A stretch of DNA of 64,000 bases from Octopus sinensis (lineage: Eukaryota). Below are positions 28,230 to 41,358 of the stretch, one piece after another. The stretch lies in the NCBI RefSeq assembly GCF_006345805.1, contig NC_042999.1, positions 44,764,001-44,828,000 of the forward strand, in the 5' to 3' direction. Position 1 is the stretch's first letter. Every line of letters starts with the position of its first letter. A program made the position numbers and the translations under genes. The notes under the pieces were generated by a model. The model was not told where the DNA came from. It saw only the letters and a list, made by a program, of their open reading frames with translations, and ran no database searches.

Positions 28230-28586
28230 CAACTGCTAAAAGGCAAATTCTTATGGTGAAAGCTGTGAAAACACCTGGTTTGTTCAGTGTTGCCATCTGT
28301 CAAGAACCCCAAACACTGATGTTGCCAGACATCGATTGGGCAATCTACTAGTGCAAATCAGTCAAAGTTGTTGACTGGATTATACATAAAGCTATTACTT
28401 TATAAGTTTGTTCAGAGTTGTCTCTCTTAGGTATATCCCCTTGACAAGAGTCAATAAACTCGAAACATTGATGTCTGGGATTCTTGATAGATGGTGACAC
28501 TGAACAAACCAGATGTTTTCAAACCTTTTACCATAAGAGAGATATTTTCTCTACAATAACTGCAGTATTTTGCCTTTCAGCAGTTG
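28230..28586. mobile_element. Foldback element with a hammerhead variant at the right-arm junction
   Basis: 28230-28323 is mirrored by 28463-28586. Confidence 0.7.
28435..28481 (+). ncRNA. Type I hammerhead motif with a U3-A8 core variant
   Basis: AUCCCC-UUGACAA-GAGU CAAUAA ACUC-GAAA-CA UUGA UG-UC-UGGGAU. Confidence 0.55.
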
Positions 28587-28802
28587 CTGAAGATTAGCAT
28601 CATGCTTGAAACTCTCAGAGTACCAATGAATTTGAATCAAACTGTTTTGATCCATACATGTAGCTCCCAATAAATGTATTGAGTGCCCTTCTTTCGTTTG
28701 TCCACTCACTTGTATATACGTGTGTGTGTGTGTGTGTTTGTATATATATATATAATATATATATTATATATATATATATATATTATATATATACATACAT
28801 AC

Positions 28803-28846
<44 letters not shown>

Positions 28847-28908
28847 ATAGTAATGGTAAGACAACAAAAGAATGAAAGAGACCTCGAAACTATGTAAATA
28901 GAGGAAGT

Positions 28909-29114
28909 TATCTGTAAATATAATATGTGACAATTATTAGGTAGCCATGATAAAACTCTGAGTTTCGGATGTTGGGTTGGAAACCTGCACCGGCACCTCT
29001 TCAGTTATTGGCCCGATAACTGAAGAGATGCCGGTGTGGGTGTCTGCCCCAACATCTGAAACTGAGAGTTTTATCATGGCTACTGAATAATTGTCACATA
29101 TTATATTTACAGAT
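28909..29114. mobile_element. 206-bp hairpin element with back-to-back hammerheads
   Basis: Near-perfect palindrome centred on GGGCCC (29010-29015). HHRs at -28950-29008 and +29016-29075, both with CUGAAGA, GAAA and GUU. Confidence 0.8.
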
Positions 29115-29121
29115 ATATATA

Positions 29122-29490
29122 TATCATCATCATCATCATTTAACGTCCGCTTTCCATGCCAGCATGGGTTGGACGGTTCAACTGGGGTCTGGGGAGCCCG
29201 GAGGCTGCACCAGGCCAGTCAGATCTGGCAGTGTTTCTACAGCTGGATGCCCTTCCTAACGCCAACCACTCTGAGAGTGTAGTGGGTGATTTTATGTGCC
29301 ACCGACACAGGTGCCAGACGAGGCTGGTGAACGGCCACGCTCGGATGGTGTTTTTATGTGCCACCGACACAGGTGCCAGACAAGGCTAGCAGACGACCAC
29401 GCTCGGATGGTGCTTTTTATGTGCCACCGACACAGGAGCCAGATGAGGCTGGCGATCGGCCACGATCGGATGGTGTTTGTTACGTGCCCA
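29122..29490 (-). mobile_element. RTE 3' UTR fragment with about 3.2 copies of a 61-63-bp repeat
   Basis: (CAT)n + TTTAACGTCCGCTTTCC; repeat units start at about 29295, 29356, 29418 and 29482. Confidence 0.85.
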
Positions 29491-30057
29491 TATGGATTGT
29501 TTTTTTCTGTAGGATGTCCAGTATCGCATTCATTGCCATCATCAGCATCATCATCGTCATCATCATCGTTCTTGTCGTCGCTTTTGTAATTTAATGTCCA
29601 CATCTTTATGTCTATGTGGGTCAGACAAAATTTGTGGAGGCAGATTTTCTATGTTAGGCTGCCTTTACTCTCACCAATCTTCCAGGAAAGATATTTCCCC
29701 ATGCCAAGACATGTCTTTTTACAAAAGAATGGAAATGAACAACATTGCTAGGATGATGGTGGTGCCCATTTACAACTATTCCATGACATCTAGACAAGGG
29801 TACACACAAACACATACACACACACACTATATGTATATATATAATAGAATAACAAATAGAAAGTCTTTGTAGCAGCATTATATATTTGAAAAAAATGAAT
29901 AAAAATGGCTTTTCTGACAATTTTTCCACTTTAGTAATTAAATACTTATAAGCTTACAATTTCATCTAATTATTAAAGTGGAAGAATTATCAGAAAGCCA
30001 TTTCTATTCATTTTTCAAATATATATATAAATATATATATATATATATGTATATATA

Positions 30058-30121
<64 letters not shown>

Positions 30122-30156
30122 TACATATACATATATATATACACATATATATATAT

Positions 30157-30200
<44 letters not shown>

Positions 30201-30475
30201 CATTGAAACCACAAATATATACATATTATATAAATATATACAAATATATAAATATATACATATTTATATACATATATACATCCACACACATATGTATGTA
30301 TACATATGTCAGTTGGGTTTGAAGTTGGGGTATTTCCAGAGAAGCACTTGACTTCAATACTGGACTATCAACATTGTTGGGATCCATGCCAAAGTTGGAA
30401 TACTTCTGGTGTAGAAAATCCAAGTTCCATGACAATTATACTGCCATATGGTTTGGTGAAGAGTAAATAATCCAA

Positions 30476-31324
30476 AGAAAAGAAGAAGACAAAGGAAATT
30501 CTTTAACACATCTTTAATTACAAGTCACAAATGTTTCCGTGCCAGTTTATGTCATCATCATCATCATCATCATCATCGTTTAATGTCTGCTTTCCATGCT
30601 GGCATGGGTTGGGCGATTTGACTGAGGTCTGGCGAACCAGATGGCTGCACTAGACTCCAATCTGGATGCCCTTCCTAACACCAACCACTCTGAGAGTGTA
30701 GTGGGTGCTTATACATGCCACCGGCACAAGGGCCAGTCAGATGGTACTGGCAATGGTCACATTCAAATGGTGCTCTTTATGTGTCACCTGCACAGGAGCC
30801 AGTCCAGCGGTACTGGCAACGACTTCGCTCGAATGTTTTTCATGTGCCACCAGCACAAGTGCTAGTAAGGCGATGCAGGTGACGATCACATTTGAATGGT
30901 GCTTTTAACGTGCCATCGGCATGGAGACCAGCTTGTTGCTCTGGCAATGATCCCACTCGTATGGTATGCTAAAAGAAAAATCATGTGGTATTTACCATTT
31001 TAGGCATTGGAGAGGTACTTCCTGAGGCTTGCATCAAAGGTATGCTGTTACATTATGCATCTTTCAGACCCTTTTTTAGCAAAATATTGGGAGGAAATAA
31101 AAAAGGAAAAAATATTAAAAATGTGAATGTGAGATAAGTATGTGGAGCACACCTTTGATGCAAGTCTGAGGAAGTGCCTCTCCAATGCCTAAAACTGCAA
31201 AAATTATGTGATTTTTGTTTTAGAATTTTCACATAAACTGGTGTTGCTAATGGGAATGGTACAGAAAAAATTGTAAATTATAATTAAAGATGTGTTAAAG
31301 AATTTTCTTTGCCTTCTTCTTTTC
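30476..31324. repeat. Foldback element whose left arm is interrupted by an RTE 3' fragment (30553-30970, -)
   Basis: 30476-30550 plus 30970-31050 mirror 31150-31324. Confidence 0.7.
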
Positions 31325-31777
31325 ATTATGTATGTATGTATGTATGTATGTATGTATGTATGTATGTATGTATGTATGTATGTATGTATGTATGTATGTA
31401 TGTTTTTATGTATGTATGTATGTGTGTGTGTGGCTTAGTGGTTAGGATGTTGGACTCATGATCGTAAGATTGTAGAAGTTTGTGGTTTCAATTCCTCAAC
31501 CAGGTCACATGTGTTCTGGAGCTAAGCACTTCATTTCACATTGCCCCGGTTCATTCTACTGCTTAAAAAAAGTAATCCTGTGACAGAGACCAATATCCTA
31601 TCCTATAGGAAATGTATATAAATAACAAATAATGAAGATGGAGAGTTTCTAACTATGAAAGATAGTAAAGTTATATGACCTTTATATATTTTAGTCCCAA
31701 AGGCCATATCACAATCAATGTGGTAAGATCTATGCATACTTATATTTCTATGTATGTGTGTGTATGTATGTATGTGT

Positions 31778-32330
31778 CAGGTCACTTTCGAGTGCTACTG
31801 GTAACATGTAACCCAGTACAACCTGTTGCATGGTCGGGTCGTCGGCGACTAAACCGGCAACCCCACCAAGCTTGCTTGGTGAGGAGGGCGTTTATTGGAC
31901 ACCCTGCGGGATGAAAAACGAAACCTGTCAAAGGGCGGAGGACCTCTTGAGAGTCAACGGCCATCCAATAAATGTTAGCACGTGTACGCAGAAATTCCGG
32001 GGTGGTGTCTGGCATGGTGAAAGACCACTATGAGTGAGGCGCCCCTCAGCTTTTGTTAAAGCATATCTCTAGGAGAAGGTCACTCTGATATAAAACCGGA
32101 TATGCAGGGAATGGCATTGGACATTTTGGGAATCTTTGGTTTGTGCTATAGATCATGGTGCTCCCACATCCCTGAGCCTGCGACTCATATTGGCACCAGA
32201 CATCTTGCTCCGGCTTGTCTCTGGATAATGTCAATAAAGTGGAGAGGGTCTATGAGGTGTTGTGCAAGCCTTATTGGACCTAAAACTCTGCACAGGCATT
32301 GCTGACCTCTGCTCGATATGTGCATTTTTT
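31778..32330 (+). mobile_element. Putative 5' leader of a non-LTR retroelement
   Basis: GC-rich, CpG-containing island starting abruptly after (TATG)n. The family assignment is recollection-based inference only. Confidence 0.3.
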
Positions 32331-32929
32331 TTTCCATATATATTTATCTTTTCCTGAAGGTATTCCTTGGTCACGAGTGGACGACCATCATGTGTGTGTA
32401 TATATGTGTGTGTATGTGCGTCTGTGTACATATGCATATGTGTGTGTACATGCGTGTGAAGGCGCATGAACAAGTGGTTAGAGAATTCAGCTCATGACCT
32501 TAAGGTCATGAGTTCAATATGAGGCATGTTGTATCCTTGAGCAGGACACTTTATTTCACATTGCTCCAGTCCACTACTCAGTTGGCAAAAATGAAAAGTA
32601 CCTGTATTTCAGTGGGACAGCCTTGTCACATTCTTTGTCATGCTGAATTTCCATGAGATTTATGTCAAGAGTATGTATGTCTGTGGAGTACTCAGCCACT
32701 TGCGTGTTAGTTCCATGAGCAGGCTGTTCCACTGATTGGATCAACTGAAGGTGTAACAGTGTACATGTGTGTGTGTGGGTGTGAGTTAATATTCATGAGA
32801 ATTACGTTATGGGTGTGCATGTCTGTGGAGTGCTCAGCCACTTGCATGTTAATTCCATGAGTAGGCTGTTCGGTTGATTGGATCAACTGGAACTCTTCAT
32901 GTGGCAACTGAAAGAGTGACAGTGTTCAT

Positions 32930-32973
<44 letters not shown>

Positions 32974-33957
32974 TGTATGTGCCTTTTTTTCTTCTTCTTC
33001 CTTTGTTTTGACATTGTTTGCATGTTGCATATAAAGCAAAGCCAACATCTGTACAAATGCTCCCAATGACTACAATCTGTCACAAAATCATGTCCAATCA
33101 TTGAGCTGACTACTACTGAAAGGACTAGAGGAAATATTACCTTATTTGGAAACAAGTGAGAGTTGGCAACAGGAAGAGCATCTGGTTGCAGAAAATCTGC
33201 CTAAGTAATTTTCATCTCATCCATGCCAGCATGAGAAAGTGTATGTTAAAATGATGATGATGTTAAAGATGACGATGATGATAAAGATAATTCTAATTAT
33301 ATATATATATATATATATAATTATAATTATATAATTACACATACACAACATACACATATGTATATACATATAAATATGTATATATATGCATATACACATA
33401 CACACAAACACTCACTTTCACACACACAGTCACACCTTACACCCTTCTCCCACACACCCACACACAAATACACTCACTCACAAATATATTTATATATTTA
33501 TTGTTCATGTGCATAACTTTGTTATTAATATATGATGTTCAATTGTAAAAAGAAATTAACGAACACATTGGTTACACATGCAGAAAATTAATTTTCCAAT
33601 ATAGTTTCCAGATTTTTGTTTCAGGAATTTTTTTTGTCTTCCAAAACCTAATCAGGTAGATATACTTCAACAACAATATCTTATTAAAATCAAAACCGGT
33701 CAATGTACTATTTCCCTGGCACCATCTGTGCAGATTACCAGATTACCAAGTTTGTATGGTTATGTGTTTGCGTGTGAGTTTGGGTAGCAGTCACATATGT
33801 ATAGACATTATATAAAGATACACACACACACACACACACACCACATATATATATATGTATGAAACATACATACATATATGTAAATAATATATTTATGTGT
33901 GTGTATATGTATCTTTCATTTTTTCTCTCTCTCTCAATATATATACATATACATATA

Positions 33958-34300
33958 TCTCTATCTCTCTATATATAAAACTGGGAATGTGTGTGTGTGT
34001 GTCTGTCTGTCTGTCTGTGTGTTTCCCTAAAACTTGAGAACTACACAATCAATTTCATTCAAATTTTACACATGCCTTACTTAGGGACCGGGGAGTGTCA
34101 TCGGCAAAAAAAAAAATGTTCAACTTCTTGCCTAGGGTGAGCCCATAGCAATATCATATCTTCTCCACTATTTCAGTATTACGTGTTAAAAGTGAAACAA
34201 AAACATTTCTCTATTTTATGTCAGGTACTTTACTTTAACAATAAAAATTAGAGATAATAATAACAATTGAATTATATGTAGTAAGTAATAATTAAAACCA
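33958..34300 (+). mobile_element. Non-autonomous Helitron 5' portion
   Basis: A|TC...TATATATAAAA followed by a (TG)/(TCTG) run, the same layout as the 5' end of 60800-61196. Confidence 0.55.
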
Positions 34301-34819
34301 AACTAAAGTATATAATAATTAAATCATAACATAACAATTAAAAGTAAAAATAGCAATTGGTATAAAATTGCATCAATGACTTGAACTTGAATAAGTGGTT
34401 TCACATGAATGGGAATAAATTAAAAATAAAATTAGTGTGCAGAAATGGAATAGTCCAGATGGAGCTGTGCACATACCCTTTACCACGGCTTTTACATTAG
34501 ATTATCTGCTAATTAGCTAGCATTAAGTATCTATATGAAGTTTGGCTGTATGTAATGTCTGTTTTCTCAAACAGCCGCTTCTACTGAGTACTGCCGTTGG
34601 TTTATTTCTTATACATAAAGGACTATAGCTTCAACTGCGTACTGCTTTTTGATTCACCATTAGGTTTGTTGTTATTATTATTACTGTTTAACTATTGTTA
34701 CCATGTTTGTTGGTTCCTCGTAAAGGAAACGTTGTTGTGTTGCATTTGTTAAATAATTGTAAACCGTAACCCTCCCCCTCTGGGAGAAGGAGCTTTGGTT
34801 ATTTTTTAAAAATTGAATT

Positions 34820-35421
34820 GTGTCCCTGTTTGGGGAAATAGACAATATTTTCACCGTTTATAAAATGCCTTCGATAGAAGAAAGTCCAAAAATGAATTTT
34901 GCTGCAGCCGTCGGCGGGCGTGAACTCATTAAAATTAAAATGGAAGAAATACAAACCTATTTCAGATTGGTCACCGACAAAGACGGTGAATCTAGGATAA
35001 CACCACAAAACGAAATAAAAAATTAAATTAAAGAAAAGACTATTGTCTATAAAGTATACAATGCAGAGAAAAAACAAGATTTGAACACCTGGAGGAAAGC
35101 ACCATTGAAAAGTGTCTTGGTGCAACTATGAAAGATATCAAGTATCTAACCAGAGGCGGTAAATTCGCCACAATAGAAACAAGGTTCGAGTCAACGGAAT
35201 GTGCAAGGGAGTACTCAACTCGAACCTTGCAAAGTGGAAATATTTTATTTTTACCTTTATATCTGGGACGTAGGACGTCCCAGATAAAAATTAAATATGT
35301 CCCACCAGAAGTAGAGGTAGGCTGGATTGTAGCCACACTCCTATACAAGAAGGAGGACAAGATACAATTGATCGAAATTGCAAGAGACGGGCCTACAATT
35401 CCAGTCTGCTATATATTTTGA
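34820..35421 (+). pseudogene. Decayed non-repetitive ORF, possibly L1/Tx1-like ORF1
   Basis: Two ORFs (34820-35026, 35128-35421) joinable by a frameshift near 35030-35070. They contain complex protein-like sequence (LPLYLGRRTSQIKIKYVPPE). The family call is tentative. Confidence 0.35.
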
Positions 35422-35544
35422 GTATTGTTATCACTAGCAATATCAAGATATAACTTTGTATTTTGTATTTTATGTGTAGATGTATATATATATAGATGTA
35501 CATGTAATATGTACATATATATATATATACACATATATACATGC

Positions 35545-35585
35545 ACTAGCACTATGACCTGGCGTTGCCGGGTCATAATGCTAGT
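35545..35585 (-). other. Isolated Helitron 3'-terminal hairpin ending in CTAG|T
   Basis: ACTAGCACTATGACCTGGCGTTGCCGGGTCATAATGCTAGT; resembles the 3' end at 60800-60827. Confidence 0.55.
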
Positions 35586-35656
35586 ATATATATACACACA
35601 TACATACATACATGCAAACATACATACATACATACATACAAACATACATACATACA

Positions 35657-35692
<36 letters not shown>

Positions 35693-35989
35693 TATGTAAA
35701 TATAATTTTATCTAACCCATGCCAGCATGGAAAACAGATGTTAAAGGATGATGATGATGATAATTACGATGGCAATGACAACAATGATATTCTTTTATTC
35801 CATTAGTGGTTTCAAGTGATAGGTTGTAGCCATGCTGGAGCACTGCCTTAGTTTAATGTTTATTTATTTATTTATTTATTACCATTTTCTTTGTCAGTTT
35901 TGTTCAAGTTTTAGGGTTGGAAGTTGGTCTGTAATTGAGTCAGTAGCAGTTGACCCTTTATATCAGCTGACCCTTCCTTGAGTTGAGCC

Positions 35990-36420
35990 TGGTGTAGTTG
36001 GCTGATCTGCTATTTTGGTTAGTTGTTGATCCAGTATTTTCTTGAATGTTTCGTTAGAAGTCTCTTTTATGCTTCTAACTCCTTTAGGTTAGCAGTTGAA
36101 CACTCCAGGGCCACTAAATATCAGATTGTTGCAGTATAGTGTCCTACCTCATGATTTTGAAAGTGTTATATGTGGAGACATTTACAATCTGTTATATGTG
36201 AAGACACGTACAAGCTCTTGAATAAAAGTTTTCTTTAATGTTGGAGCTTGGATCATGACCTTCCAAGGTTTTTCCCACATACATAACAATATATATCTCT
36301 CTATGTTGTTGAAAATATTAGAAACGTAGAACTTTGAGACATTCCCAGTAATTAAATGTTTTAACTGATGTCTTTTTGCAGGTGAATGTTCTCTGTAGCT
36401 CTTCAATTTCTTTTTCTGAG
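35990..36420 (-). pseudogene. CR1/L2-group LINE RT C-terminal remnant
   Basis: Minus frames give EIEELQRTFT...NYWECLKVL and GPGVFNC*PKGVR...FKKILDQQLTKIADQP. Confidence 0.6.
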
Positions 36421-36586
36421 AACAGGTGTGTTTGGAGACCAAAGGTGTGAAAAGTAATCTTGTCTACTCAAAACTATGGCTTTCCTTAGAGTCTGCATAT
36501 CTAGTAGTTGTATATACATATACACATGTATATGAATATTTGTATGTGTGTGTGTGTATGTGTGCGTGTATGTATGTATGTATATA

Positions 36587-36653
<67 letters not shown>

Positions 36654-36746
36654 CCTGCCTCAACTGGACCCCCCCTCCCCAACTCAACTCTAGAATATCT
36701 GTATTTCTTTCCTCTACCTAATTACGTTACTCAGTGACGATAACGA

Positions 36747-39071
36747 ATGTCCACTGCTAACACCAGCTCCTGCCCACGGCGTGGTCAGGTTGGAAGAGAG
36801 ATCAAAAAAATACCACGAAAACTATCACCACCACAACAACCCTCCTCTTCTCAGGCGCCGAATCCCCCCCGTCCCCCCCACATCTCCTTCCCAGTTTTCA
36901 GAGTTGGCACTATCAATGTTGGTACATTAACAGGCAAGTCTAGTGAGATTGTAGAGATGCTAGAGAGAAGACAGGTTGATGTATGCTGCATACAAGAGGT
37001 AAGATGGAGAGATGCTTCGGCTAGGGTCCTCACGGGCAAGGCACTTAGGTACAAACTCTACTGGCAAGGTAACGCGGAAGGTGTAGGGGGTGTAGGCATT
37101 CTCCTTGCGGAGGAATGGGTGGATAAGGTCATAGAGGTTGTCAGGGTTTGTGATAGAGTGCTTAAGCTCAGGTTGGTCCTACAGAGTGGCACAGCTATGA
37201 TTATCTCAGCCTATGCCCCACAAGCGGGACTACCAAATGATCAGAAGGACAACTTTTATGATACCCTTCTGCAGGCTACTTCAAAGACTAGTAACAAGGA
37301 CCTCATCTTTGTAGGTGGAGATTTTAATGGGCATGTTGGGCGGGAATCGGGTATCTTCACTGGGGTACATGGTGGCTATGGTATTGGCACCAGAAATGAT
37401 GAGGGAACTAGACTGCTGGAATTCTGTGATGCATGTAACCTTTCAATCTGCAACACTAACTTCAAGAAGCCAGTCTGCCACCTTATAACTTATCAGTCAG
37501 GAGACTCCGCTAGCCAAATAGACTTCATCCTCACCAGACAACGGGATGCAGGGTTGCTCTTGAATACAAAGACCCTCCCAGGTGAAGAATGTATCCCTCA
37601 GCATAGACTAATCATCAGTGACTTTAAGCTTGAGGCCAGAAGGACTCCAAGAAACAAACCAATCCAGAAAAGAAGGATTTGGAGGCTAAAGAACCCTTCG
37701 CATGGTCAGAAATTTAGGGACATACTCATCAAGAAATTTGATGAGAGGGAGGAGGAGCTTCAGACGTCAGACATAGAAGGTAGCTGGGAATTCCTACGGG
37801 ACAGCTTGTTGAGTGCCACAGACCAAGTCTGTGGATGGTGCAAAGTCCCTTCCAGACCTAGAATTACGTGGTGGTGGAATAGTGCAGTAGATAAAGCCAT
37901 CTGTGAAAAGAGACGGGCCTGGAAAGCCTGGAAGGATGGGGGCAGCAGGGAACTGTACCAGATAGCCAAAAGGGAGGCTGGGCGGCAGGTATACATTGCC
38001 AAAGATGTAGCAGAAAAGAAGAAGTTTGCCAATGTCCAGCGTCGCGAGGATCAAAGAGCTGAAGTATTTCGGATTGCCAGACAGTGTGTCAGAGAAAATA
38101 GCGATGTTATAGGAGAGAAATGTGTCCGCATGGATGATGGGGCACTTGCTTTTACTACTAGTGAAAAGAAAGAGGCTTGGAGAATCCATTATGAAAGACT
38201 GCTGAATGAGGAGAATGAATGGGAGGAGGAGAGCCTGCCAAATGTTGACCCAGTAGAGGGACCAGCTACCCGAATAGACAGCTCCCTTGTAGATAAGGCA
38301 ATTAAGGATATGAAACCAGGCAAAGCCCCTGGCCTATCAGGAATCACTGCTGAGATGCTTAAAACAGCTGGCTATGTGGGCTATGCCATAGTCACCCGCA
38401 TTGTAAACCAGGTAGTTCACAATGGAGTCATACCCAATGACTGGTGCAGCAGCACCATAGTCAACTGCTACAAGGGTAAGGGTGATGCTCTAGATAGAAA
38501 TAACTACAGAGGTATCAAACTGTTGGACCAGGTGATGAAGGTCTCAGAGAAGGTCATAACCAATCTCATTAGGGAGAGAATTTGTTTAGATGAAATGCAG
38601 TTCGGTTTTGTACCAGGTAGAAGCACCACTGATGCTATATTCCTGGTCCGACAACTGCAGGAGAAGTACCTAGCTAAAGATAAACCCCTCTACATAGCTT
38701 TTGTAGACTTGGAGAAAGCCTTTGACAGGGTTCCCCGTTCCCTTATCTGGTGGTCGATGCGGAAACTGGAGATTGAAGAATGGCTAATAAGGGCTGTACA
38801 GGCTCTATACAGAGAGGCTGTCAGCAAGGTTAGGATTGGCAACGAATATAGTGAAGAATTCCGGGTAGAAGTAGGTGTGCACCAGGGCTCAGCCCTCAGT
38901 CCCCTTTTATTCATCATAGTCCTTCAGGCAATAACAGAGGAATTCAAAACGGGATGCCCCTGGGAGCTCCTCTATGCCGATGACCTAGCTCTCATAGCAG
39001 AATCACTACCGGAACTAGAAGAGAAATTCGGGTGTGGAAGCAAGGGTTGGAATCAAAGGGCCTTAGAATAA
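36747..39071 (+). pseudogene. RTE-clade LINE ORF: apurinic endonuclease + reverse transcriptase
   Basis: APE motifs GTINV, CIQEVRW, GGDFNGH, SQIDFI and HRL; RT motifs QFGFVPGRST, FVDLEKAFD, GVHQGS and LYADDL. A frameshift near 39030 truncates it. Confidence 0.95.
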
Positions 39072-40282
39072 ATGTAGCAAAGACCAAAGTATTAGTAAGC
39101 AGCAAGAGGTACTCAGCACACATCCCCTCGGGTAGGTGGCCCTAGGAAAGGTACAGGTAGAAACTCCATAAGATGCACCCAATGTAAGTTATGGACACAT
39201 AAGAGGTGCAGCAACATTAAAGGGAAATTAACAGATAAGATAGCTTTCATGTGCGGCAGATGCACAGGGACAATAGACACAACAGACACTCAGAAAACAG
39301 ATTCCATCACACTCCAGGGAGAGAAACTAGAAGTAGTTGATAGTTTCCGCTACCTGGGTGACCAAGTTAGTAGCGGAGGTGGATGCACAGAGAGTATCAC
39401 CACTAGAATACGAATAGCCTGGGCAAAGTTCAGAAAGCTCCTACCCCTACTGGCAACAAAAGGTCTCTCCCTCAGAGCAAAAGGTAGATTGTATGATGCA
39501 TGTGTGCGAACTGCCATGCTTCACGGTAATGAAACATGGGCTGTGACTGCAGAAGACATGCGTAGACTTGAAAGAAATGAAGCTAGCATGATCCGCTGGA
39601 TGTGTAGTGTCAGTGTGCACGCAAACAGAGTGTAAGTATCCTGAGAGAAATGCTGGATATAAGAAGCATCAGATGTGGTGTGCAAGAGCGACGCTTGCGA
39701 TGGTATGGTCATGTGCTGCGGATGGATGAAGAGAGATGTGTGAAGAAGTGCCACTCCCAAACAGTTGAAGGTATCAGGGGGAGAGGTAGACCCAGGAAGA
39801 CATGGGATGAGGTGGTCAAGCATGACCTCAGAGCATTGGGCCTCACTGAGGCAATGGCGAAGGACCGAGATCTCTGGAGATATGCTGTGACTACAAAGAC
39901 CCGGGCTGCTTTCTGCAGCAATTCCACATACCCCCTACCCATTCTAAGTACCCCGGATCCCCAAAGTACCCTGGATCCCCAATGTACCCCGATCCCCAAA
40001 GTACCCCGGACCTCGTTGCCCCCGTGCCGCTGACACGTTAAAATGCTCGAACCGATCGTGACGATGCCGGACCCTCCGGCCCCTGTGCAGGTGGCACGTA
40101 AAAAGCACCCAATCCACTCACGGAGTGGTTGGCGTTAGGAAGGGCATCCAGCCGTAGAAACTCTGCCAGATTCAGACTGGAGCCTGGAGCGGCCCCTGGC
40201 TTCCCAGACCCGGTCGAACCGTCCAACCCGTGCTAGCGCGGAAAGCGGACGTTAAACGATGATGATGATGATGATGATGATG

Positions 40283-40284
<2 letters not shown>
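36747..40284 (+). mobile_element. Near-full-length RTE LINE with (GAT)n tail
   Basis: The ORF continues in shifted frames (39249-39635, 39650-40033), followed by a 3' UTR and (GAT)9. Confidence 0.92.
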
Positions 40285-40313
<29 letters not shown>

Positions 40314-40329
40314 CATATATATATGTATA

Positions 40330-41340
40330 CACACACACATTATCCGAAATGTATAATATTAAATATTTATGATGTGTGTGAGTCATCTAAGAGAGCATAA
40401 GTCAGGAAAAAGATGCACTCATATATCTGTCAGTTGAGTGAGTATATTATCTGAATTGTATAACATCAAATATTCATTACGGCTGGTCTTACCAATCAGT
40501 TTCATGTAAAGAATACAATGGAGTGTTAGGTAACAAACTGATTACATAACTTTATGCTCATCAGAATTAGCCAATAAGGAAGGGAATATTGGCTAACTCT
40601 GATGAGTGTAAAGTTATATAATCACTTTGTTACTTAACACTCCATTGTATTCTTTATGCAAAACTGATTAGTAAGACCAGCGATAATGGATATTTAATAC
40701 TATATACATTTTGGTTAATATACCCACTCTACTGACTGATATATGAGTGTATCTTTTTCCTGACTTATGCTCTCTTAGATGACTCATGCACATCATCATC
40801 ATCATAAATATAAATATATATATATACACACACACACACACCACATTATCCGAAATGTATAATATTAATATTTATGATGTGTGTGAGTCATCTAAGAGAG
40901 CATAAGTCAGGAAAAAGATGCACTCATATATCTGTCAGTTGAGTGAGTATATTATCTGAATTGTATAACATCAAATATTCATTACGGCTGGTCTTACCAA
41001 TCAGTTTCATGTAAAGAATACAATGGAGTGTTAGGTAACAAACTGATTACATAACTTTATGCTCATCAGATTAGCCAATAAGGAAGGGAATATTGGCTAA
41101 CTCTGATGAGTGTAAAGTTATATAATCACTTTGTTACTTAACACTCCATTGTATTCTTTATGCAAAACTGATTAGTAAGACCAGCGATAATGGATATTTA
41201 ATACTATATACATTTTGGTTAATATACCCACTCTACTGACTGATATATGAGTGTATCTTTTTCCTGACTTATGCTCTCTTAGATGACTCATGCACATCAT
41301 CATCATCATAAATATAAATATATATATATACACACACACA
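40330..41340. mobile_element. Tandem dimer (about 505-bp unit) of a foldback element with hammerhead motifs
   Basis: 40341 recurs at 40847. Each unit is a hairpin of about 430 bp. The minus arms (40481-40572, 40986-41076) read CUGAUGA...GAAA CU GAUU GG UA. Confidence 0.75.
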
Positions 41341-41358
41341 CACACCCACATACATATA

